Positions 54,630 through 64,000 of a stretch of 64,000 nucleotides of DNA are shown here, in pieces (the stretch's first letter is position 1; the number at the start of each line of letters is the position of its first letter). The stretch is from Octopus vulgaris (taxonomy: Eukaryota). The notes beneath the pieces are model-generated. The model saw only the letters and a program-made list of their open reading frames with translations, had not been told where the DNA came from and ran no database searches. The stretch spans positions 26,226,001 through 26,290,000 of the forward strand of contig OX597825.1 of assembly GCA_951406725.2 (NCBI GenBank), in the 5' to 3' direction. The position numbers were made by a program, and so were the translations under genes.

Positions 54630-55075
54630 AATTATAAAACTAGTAACTTTAGATTTCATTATAGATATTAAAGCGCCATATTTAGAACTATCATAAAGTG
54701 ATAATTAGTTAATTCATTATACCAAAACAATCCTGTATTATACCCTCTTTGTGGCAGAAATAAACAAATGATAACTGGATTTAACAATGAATTCTATTTA
54801 AATAGATGTATGAAATTTCATCTCTCTTTATGTTAAATATAATAATATATGAGACATAATGTATTGGCTTAAAATATTATTTGTTAAAAATAATACACAA
54901 TACTAATACTGGGGTATTAATATAAACAATAAGAAATTGATGAATTGCTATATGTTATTGAAATGTATATAATAACAACAAGGTTAATGAGTATGTTTGT
55001 TTTGTGTCAGTTCCGAAAGGAATATACGTATCCGAAATGTAAGCTTAGAAAATCTAGGCAGATATGAATGCCTAG
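54630..55075 (+). repeat. Third, older copy of the palindrome arm
   Basis: ataaaactagtaa...ataccaaaacaatcc..tattataccctctttg.ggca...aatactggggtatt...cgaaaggaatatac.tatccgaaatgta, colinear with 52652-53060. Confidence 0.85.
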
Positions 55076-55782
55076 ATTCAGAGTATTTGGCAACAGATAT
55101 ACGTAGAAAGTATCTCATTATTAGAAACCTGACTATAGTTTCTATTGCACTAACATATATAGATATTGAAAATAACATTGAATTTAATATTTCTGAGAAT
55201 GCATCTTAACACAACGTTTTCAAGCGATCCAAATTTAGTGAAATTTAAACTAAGGAAACTTTTCCAGTCCACAAAAAGAACATTGAGAAGAAATATAATC
55301 TAAATCATTTCTATATTCAGCTGTTAGGGACCTCAGTGCATAACGAATGAATATAATATAATATAATAAGATATAAGAGTTAAACTGCTCTAATGCAGTT
55401 AACGCATTTGATTTAATGAAAATATATAAACTAACAGGGTCAATAATGGTCCGAAACGTGCCGAACGAGAATTCTTAATATAACAGAGTTATTAGCGGGA
55501 AAATACAGCAGTGTTCGATAATGAATAAGTTTGTGTTTATCCTATAATACTAAGCAATCAATTGTAAAGTTTACGGAGATGTTCATAATGAAGAGCTTGC
55601 ATATATTCAATAATATTTAATCATTGAATTATTGAACTATTTTAATAATGACCATATTCAATTATATCAACATATAACACACAAACACAGCAGCGTATAG
55701 GAAATAGATTCACTTATGGTCGGTATGTGTGTGTATATATATATATAATATAATATATTATATATATATATATAATATATAT

Positions 55783-55837
<55 letters not shown>

Positions 55838-55979
55838 GCGTGTATATATATATATATACATATATAAGTCTATATATATATATATATATATATGCACATA
55901 TGTGTGTATATATATATATATACATATATATGTCTATATATATGTATACACACACACACAATATATATATCCTAGTTAT

Positions 55980-56330
55980 AGAATTCGTTACAATCTTGGC
56001 ATACCAACACGGACCGAGACAGAAGTGGCTAGGAACAATACCTCAGGTTTTGCACTGGGCGAAAGAACCACAAACTCATATGGGTTGGTAAGGACATGGT
56101 AGATATCTAGATACCAATAGAATTTTGATCTGTAGTTCCTACACATGGCTGGTTTGTTTCGGCGTATGTATAAAATTTACAGCTTCTTCGGTAAATTTTC
56201 CTTGATTTATTCATAGGCTTCATTTTAGCACATAATCGGGCATCGTTAGTTAAAATTTCAAACAGGTATATGCAGGGTAACAATCCTACATTGGTTGGAT
56301 CCATCAGCATCAGTGTTTTATCGCACCTCA
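55980..56330 (-). mobile_element. CR1/L2-type LINE RT remnant
   Basis: LTNDARLCAKMK...KFYTYAETN resembles FADDxKL...LxxWAxxN. Downstream W/SP-like remnants are weak. Confidence 0.4.
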
Positions 56331-56498
56331 TTGCCTTTGTTTAAATTTTTACCAGGAGATTATGGCTTAATCTATATACACATCACGAAAATTCTGCTAA
56401 AAATGCTGTAGCAAATTTTAAACCCCATTTGTGTTCCTGTGTATGTATCTATGTGTGTATGTATGTATCTGTGTATGTATGTATCTATCTATCTCTCC

Positions 56499-56544
<46 letters not shown>

Positions 56545-56599
56545 TTGAGTAATATTCGTAGCCACTTCAACATGGCTGTTAGGTGGCACATACTTTACT

Positions 56600-56805
56600 G
56601 CAATTTTTTAACCCACAGGAGAACATCTCAGCTTGTAATTCAAAGGGCCAGCTTTGACATATTCTGTGTTAAGTGAAATAACCCTGAGAACTACGTTAAA
56701 GGTATGCGTGTCTGTGGAGTGCTGAGCCACTTTCATGTTAATATGATGTATAGGCTGTTCGGTTGAGCGAAACAACTGAAACACTCGGCGTCATAACCTA
56801 CAGAA
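56600..56805 (+). mobile_element. SINE family A (tail 1) 3' part
   Basis: gagaactacgttaa.ggta..cgtgtctgtggagtgct.agccactt matches the reverse complement of 33680-33725. Confidence 0.8.
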
Positions 56806-57299
56806 AGCTAGGCTTCTATTACCGCTATTAATGCTGTATTTTTTTTATTGGAATTTTAAAAGAATGAATGTTTCTGAAAGGTTATCATAGGGGGGGGGGG
56901 TAAATGTAGAGGTTCCTAGTATCATATATTCGTATAATTATGGGTAATGAAATTGGGGACATTTTATATGAACTTATCTACAAAAGGTTTGACTTAGGTT
57001 CAACCTTTTGTGTACATTGTATCGGACCCAATATATGCAGCTCAGTGAGACTTAGGCTAAATGTTTTTTAAACGAATAGAAAATATATAATTCAATGTTA
57101 AATAATCTGTGAAAAACCACTATAGTCTCCAGAGTAACTTATATATAATTTTTATATGTCACTTCCAAGGGTCATATAATTTGAAATCTGAGTATGTGTG
57201 GCCGTCGCAATACTTTTTTCTAATATAAAAGTATGATAAATATTAAGTGACAAAGACAAACTAAAAAACATTGAGCTTCTAACTGAGGCGAATAATAAC

Positions 57300-57432
57300 G
57301 GTTTCAAGCTTTGACACAAGATGAGAAATTTTTAGGGAGGAGCTAAGTCGAATAGATCGCTCTGAGCTTCACCTGGTACTCACTTTATCGACCTCGGAAA
57401 GAGGAAAGAGAAAGTCTGCCTCAGCGAAATTT
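57300..57432 (-). mobile_element. Degenerate SINE family C copy
   Basis: ctggtactcactttatcgacctcggaaagaggaaagagaaagtc.gcctc.gcg.aattt. Another decayed copy lies at about 33190-33390. Confidence 0.6.
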
Positions 57433-58224
57433 ATGTTTCATCCATTCGTGAAGGATGTCCGTCTTTAACGAAACCAAGGCTTTCTACCTCATGCTTTTGC
57501 GGAAGCGTAAGTATACAGGTGTGTGTGTATATTTGTTTGTATGTATATATGTGCTTGTGTATATACGTGAGATTCATTACGAATATACAATTTAGCTTCC
57601 CTAATCTTTTTTTTTTTTTTCAGTTATCACGAAAATATTAGGGCAATGGTTCGTGAAGTAGCAAGCTTAATGTATTTTGTTTACTCCAACATGGACAGAA
57701 AATGAGATTAAAACATAAATATTTAAGATATGAAAAAGGAACCTACATAGGACGATTGATGTTCATGCCAAAATGATTCATTTTTAAAGTAGATTTGGGC
57801 CCTGCTCTTCAGAAAACGGTTTGAATATAAAAACGTATTTACATGGAGAAAAAATAAAATGACAAATTCCTTACAAAGCCAGTGATATTAAATTTTGCGA
57901 AGATTATTTGCTCAGATTTCCAGCTATGAAACTTAATGTCATGTCTTAGAATTTCAAAATCTATAATAATTTTTTTTTCTTGTGGGAAGCCATTCGAGAC
58001 TTCACATAAATATATTTTATTTAATTCTGTCTTTGTAATATATGTATATATGTATGTATATACATTCATACATATATAAATATATAAATATCTTCACACA
58101 CATGTGCGGGCCTGCACACACACACACACACACACACATGTACATGTTCCTATGTCTACAAATCGATCGATCTGTCTATCTTTCTAGCTTTCTAACTGTC
58201 TGTCTTCTACCCGCATATGTGTTT

Positions 58225-58256
<32 letters not shown>

Positions 58257-58798
58257 GTGTTCATATATATGTATATATATATGCACACATATACACATAC
58301 ATACATCCATATATATATCCATTTATTTTATTGTAGAGTTTTCTCTATAGCTGTTTTGTTTGAAAAGTGTACTCACTTTATAATAATCTTTATTTAGAAC
58401 TTGGGGAAAAGAATTTCCCTGTTCAATTTATCAGCAACTATAAGGATCCGATTTTTAAAAGCGACTATTATTATCATTGCAAGAGAAAGTAAAGAGAAAA
58501 AACTTTGACAAAAACATGAATAAATGTACTAAAGCAGACGACAAGTATTTTCCAATATTTAACATTTGAAAATGTCACTCTTCTATTCTCTAGAGATAAA
58601 AAAATCATTTCTGTACGATCATTGATTCTGGGAGACGTGGTTCCAAAGTAAATATCGTTTTTAGTTAATAAATTTTGAACATTGAAAATAATATCCTTAT
58701 ATATATACATATATATACATATATATATATATATATAATATATATACATATACATATAAATATATATATGTATATATATATATATATACGTACGTATC

Positions 58799-58870
<72 letters not shown>

Positions 58871-59064
58871 TACGTACATACGTGCACATATATGTATATA
58901 CACACATGCATACTCAAACATACATAGATATATACGTTTATGATATGAACAATTTCAGGTGGTCTTATAAATGACTATTTCAATCTCATCTCAAATAATA
59001 ATTTGGTAGACGTATTCACATGAGTGAAATTGTTAATATATATCTATTCCTGCAACCAACAACA

Positions 59065-59158
<94 letters not shown>

Positions 59159-59348
59159 TGTATATATATACACATATACATATGTATGTATGTATGTATG
59201 TATGTTTATATGAATATATACGTATGGGCGTCTATGCATATGCTCCTGCGTGAGATTTACTATACTTACTGTTCTTTCAATTATCCTTCAAAATTATGTT
59301 CTTTGTTCATTATTCCCACTATATATAAATGCAAGCGAACATATATAC

Positions 59349-59396
<48 letters not shown>

Positions 59397-59548
59397 GCAT
59401 AATGACAGACAGTTCAACGAATACACGAACGACATATTCAAAATTGGCTCGTCAGCAACCGGTTTGAACTCTCTCAAGTAGAACTTAAATGAAACTCAAA
59501 GAAAAATGTCTCTCTCTCTCTCGCTCTCTCACACACACACACACAAAC

Positions 59549-59580
<32 letters not shown>

Positions 59581-59589
59581 TCCTCTTTA

Positions 59590-60290
59590 TTGGTGCCTGC
59601 TTTATCACTTCTCTGTCTAGATTTGGTTTTTCCGGTGAATGCGTCCATAAATTCTTGATTTTATCATAATTCTAATTCCGATAAATTCTCATTTTCTCTT
59701 ATTCACATTTTCACCTCTCACTAACACTTTTATAAGTGGCCACCTCATCCCCTCCAAATTTATTTCTTCTTGCTCCCTATCTTCGTATTCTTCGTTTCTC
59801 TCACTCAAGATTCTAACTTTTATATCGACGTTCATAATACCCCTCTCTTCACAATTTGTGTTCCGATTAAAAATTATTATCATTAGGTTTTTCCTTTTCA
59901 TTGTCTCTTCACCCTTGCTACCTGTTTTCAATGAATGTTACTCGTCCTTACTCTTCTATATATAGCTCCCTCTGTCTTTTTCACAAGGTTTCTTTTTGTC
60001 ATCTAACTTCTCTTTGAACGAATGTCCTTTATCTTTTACTTCTCTTGCTTCTCTTACGTTTCCCTCTTTTTACTTATTTTCACTTTTTTGCTAACCTGTA
60101 TATCAAGTGTCTGATTGTGTTTAAATTTCCTGCTGCGTTTTTATGTTATACACATACTATTCTCGCTCCAAGTTCTAAGATTTTATCTTTAAAATGTCCA
60201 CCACCACATTGATGTTTACAACCAATAGTGCACCCAGAATCGTAGACACATGGCATTACACCGGCAGTCTACAATAGCTCTAGACCTCAT
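59590..60290 (-). mobile_element. Possible LINE ORF1 remnant
   Basis: A purine-rich minus strand carries Cys/His PHD-like CLRFWVH and MKRKNLMII...RWPLIKV, resembling the ORF1 pattern RRxNxIIxG...RPxxV. Confidence 0.3.
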
Positions 60291-60389
60291 GTGTAATGAA
60301 TAGCTTTTGATGTTTAATTGAAGTTTAATTGTTTAACTGTTGTCCGTGAACTTGACACTGATCTCGGCTATATACATATACATACTTAC

Positions 60390-60451
<62 letters not shown>

Positions 60452-60525
60452 TATATACATGAATATGTATATATATATATATACTCTTTACTCTTTTACT
60501 TGTTTCAGTCATAAATATATACATG

Positions 60526-60601
<76 letters not shown>

Positions 60602-60639
60602 TATAGGGATGCTGCAATGTCCCTCTCGTTAAGGGTAAC

Positions 60640-60816
60640 GCTAAATGCCTGGTTGAGGCCCAAAATTCCGAGTTTTTTACAGGGTTGAGAAAAATTGAAC
60701 GACCGTTGGAATACGTGTGTTAATCTGAGGGAGGAATATGTTGAATAAAATCATAATTAACTAATCCTCATTTTTTCCTTTTATCCAAATTAAGAACTTT
60801 TCAGTATCCACTCGTA
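60640..60816 (+). mobile_element. Mariner 3' end
   Basis: [18 protein letters not shown] (cf. KLxxRWxKCxxxxGxYVE), followed by a TIR-like end aagaacttttcagtatccactcgTA. Confidence 0.8.
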
Positions 60817-61939
60817 AAGGAGATTAATATATCCAAGCAGATATGCATAAATTATTCAATGTTAAATGAATTTGACTTACTATCTCAATCAATGAGATAG
60901 AAATAAAAGCATGTAGAATAAACATCCAAGAAATATTCTTCTTGTACGAGGAGATTCAAATATCGCTGAGGAGATTTTGAAGCTATTTGTAGTGTAAGAC
61001 AACAAGAATAAGAATAGAGAAAATCACATTTATTTCCTGACACCAAACTTCCACCAACCAAATTTTCAAGTAAATTTTGAGATGGTAAATTCAATTCATT
61101 TTTATTATATTTTCTACGACGGTAATATCTTGCAATATTCCTACTTTTCAGGTAGTTATCCCTTAGTATACGCGAAAACGAACATCGTTCTAAAAATATT
61201 GCTGATGGATATTTTTGATGAATGTATAAATGCAATTAAACCAGAACACAATTATATATTAATTTTTTTTTATTTTGCTAGGAGTGCCAATTGTTTCAAG
61301 GATTAATCGACACATCAGCCATCTACAGTAGTAAGTGAGTTTATCGAAGGAATATAAAAAGGGCATTCATTAACTACATATATATTTGTGAAGTCTGTAG
61401 AACAGGCAGCGCCAAAATTAAATGCAACTAATATCAATGAGAGGTGGGTATGTGCCTTAGTCCATGAAACGAAGCAAGCACATGTTGATAAATGGTAGCA
61501 AATTACGTTACGTGAAGTGAGATAATTTCATACTATTAAGTTATATTTTAGCAGAAACCTGAATTGCCTCACGAAAACAAAGAAAAAGGAATTTAAAAAA
61601 ACAATTTCTCTTCTATTTTTATTGTGGGGAAAAATTCTAGTTTAATATGTTTCTTCTGTATCTGGAAGCGGAGATAATTTCAATAAATCATATATCTTTA
61701 ATATATAATATATACATTTTTAAATATTTTGCTTTTGTCTTCGTTCCTAAACACAAGCCAGTGGCTGCCTAGTGTTATATCATTTATCTCATTTTCCTCT
61801 TATTCTATTAAATTACCGACACCCTCATGTGCGTATGTTTTGCATGTGTATGTTTTTTGCATGTGCGTATGTTTTGCATGTGTCTAAATATCTCGTATCC
61901 ATGGAGCTAATAGGGAGCTATAATGATAATGACAAATTT

Positions 61940-62500
61940 TGGAGATAGAAACTCATGTCCACAGCATTGATCGAGTTTCAAGACAATGCGACTGACTTAC
62001 ATTGGCTGTTACCTGAACTTCTAGATTCTACATTGTTTTCTCACCTTGTAAAATCGTGTTGGCCTTAATGGCCGAAACTATTCATCTGCCTTCTCTGCTG
62101 CAAATGTGATGGAGTTAATTGTAATAAATTTATAGAATGCTGCATCATGGAAAGAGATGTTTAAGAAGACAGTGACTAAGGTACGCAGACAATCTTAAAA
62201 TTAATCTAAAAGTGAAAACGAATTCTCCCGAAACACTTAAAGAACTACATAGAATGCCAACGAATGAGGCTAACTCCTATAAAGTCCATTAAGAACTCCA
62301 AATTGTTTACTGTCATAAACAACTGCAAGTAAAGACAAATTTTCGAACTAACATGCTATAAACAACAATACTTTCTCATGTCCAATATGTGGAATTTCTT
62401 GTTGGCAGGATTAAAGTCGCATAAGAGACATAGACTCCAGAATTAAAAACAAGACACAGTATGCTGTTAGACAATTATATACTGAAATCGACGGGTGAAT
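61940..62500 (+). mobile_element. RTE (BovB-like) LINE 3' remnant
   Basis: GKRCLRRQ*LRYADNLKINLK (cf. GxRxxGGQxKRYKDxLKxxL) and a C2H2-like FSCPICGISC...AGLKSHKRH. Confidence 0.75.
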
Positions 62501-62545
62501 CTATGGTGTATATGTATACACATTCATATAAAAGCAATTATTTAA

Positions 62546-62599
<54 letters not shown>

Positions 62600-62689
62600 A
62601 TATATATGTCTGTATATATGTGTTTATCTATCTTCCATTGTTATTTGCTTTTGACCTTGATTCATTCGTTGCATAAAAGACGACATGAT

Positions 62690-63300
62690 GTAGGATAACA
62701 ATTTCCAATTGTTTTGAAAGAACATATTATTCTGCTCTCTCTTTTGTAATTTCGGTTTGTTTCCTGTTTATTGTTTAGGAGAATCCAGACCATTGTTTGT
62801 TGAAATTCATCATTCAAATACCGACTGGTTATAAATACATGGTTTAGAGAGAAATAATGACATGCATGCCCATACGCAAACATATTCCTAGATATATTCC
62901 TAAAATAGTCAGTCTAGACACAATGTGGGTACACATACTCAAATACACACACACACACATACACACACACACATCATTGCTGTCGTAAGTATAAAACGCT
63001 GCTTTTTCAGAAAACGAAAAAAATTCCATTCCAAATCCGTTGTACTACACTTATTTTTGTGTGATATTTTTTGATATCTTGGCATCTGAAGCAGCAGGAG
63101 ATACATTAATTTGACAAAAAGCCGCTTTTTTCATCAAATATAAATTCTGAAAAAAATGCTTTTGGCCAAGTTTGGACATACGACAGTTTAAAATAATTGC
63201 AAAAATACGTATGTACACCAAAAGTTTTCCCGCAAGCGCAACTGGCGTCATCACCTGCACAAAATATCTTGGAGCATTACTGTTGGCGGTAAGAAGTAGT
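62690..63300 (-). pseudogene. Heavily decayed CHY/CTCHY/RING/zinc-ribbon (RCHY1/Pirh2-like) pseudogene, possibly processed
   Basis: Ordered fragments across frames: SCACGKTFGVHTYFC; CFRCQDIKKYH; GFGMEFF..EK; AYGHACH; EFQQTMVWILLNN; CSFKT. Compare the family pattern CxxCGxxFGxYxC, KxYHC, GLGxDFFHCxKC, PCGHxxH, EYxxxxVxILCNDC, CxSYNT. No obvious introns. Confidence 0.4.
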
Positions 63301-64000
63301 CGGAGACATTATGAATACGCTTCATATATGTCTCTCTCCCCGTCTCTCTCTCTCTCTCTTTCTCTCGCTCGCTTTATAAATATGCACATACATGCTTATA
63401 AATACATACATATTGAGGAATTTGGATTCTCAAAACCAGAAAGGAGAGAGCTGATGCGAAGACAACAGTTCCAAGACATCAGTGGAGCTGTAAACATCAG
63501 TAAAACTTTCTAGAAAGTTATCATTTAAGTATATATGAGCGTGTGTAGATATGCAACTATATCCATGACAAGACAAAACAAAACATATAAATCTGCACGC
63601 ATGTATACATATAAAACCACCCAATTGTTGATGAGGAAATTCTGATGAAGAAGCCTTGGCTCTCAGTTAGAAACTGGCTCTTTATCTATGGGCAAGTGAT
63701 ATTGAAATAAAGCTGAATAATGGCATACATACATATATACATACATACATACATACATAATAGCATACATAGATACATACACGTAATATTCAACAAAAGA
63801 TCGCCATCCTATTTAATGGGATCTAATCAAAGTCAATATTCATATTTAGGGGCACTAAAGTAGTTTCAATCGTCCGTGGACAGATGAATCCGTTTCAACG
63901 TTTAGATTTTATACAACTCAAACTAGTATGTATTTTCTCAGAAAAATGTGACCAACAAAACGACCATTCAAACATCGACAAATTACCGAAAAAATGATTG

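Noticed and set aside
56980-57011. 10-bp stem hairpin resembling a terminator
   Set aside because: Short AT-rich inverted repeats are expected by chance, and intrinsic terminators are not relevant in this eukaryotic context.
60885-61235. 116-aa minus-strand ORF
   Set aside because: No recognisable domain or splice signals. The opposite strand has a weak LINE endonuclease-like LLVRGDSN remnant, so decayed TE is at least as likely.

Overview
Very AT-rich, microsatellite-laden eukaryotic genomic DNA. The SINE families and the (TA)n/(AAT)n load suggest an octopus or other coleoid cephalopod; that is recognition from memory, not a database result. No intact multi-exon gene is unambiguous, and most ORFs in the supplied track are microsatellite artefacts. 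The window is mostly decayed transposons: several Penelope-like element (PLE) remnants (RT and GIY-YIG), a CsRN1-type Gypsy gag-pro junction that keeps its -1 frameshift site, a nest of R4/Dong LINE pieces inside (AAT)n arrays, RTE and CR1/L2 LINE fragments, Tc1/mariner, Chapaev-like and hAT-like remnants, a non-autonomous Helitron and at least four tRNA-derived SINE families. The most interesting signal is a set of PLE-type minimal hammerhead ribozyme motifs, one of them fused to a tRNA-derived Pol III head (a candidate ribozyme-bearing SINE). Several fold-back (inverted) structures also occur, including a palindrome of about 1.6 kb. Lower-confidence host-gene signals are a phase-consistent 3-exon orphan ORF on the minus strand (24860->17453) and a decayed CHY/RING zinc-finger (RCHY1/Pirh2-like) pseudogene near 63 kb. 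Boundaries of decayed elements are approximate.
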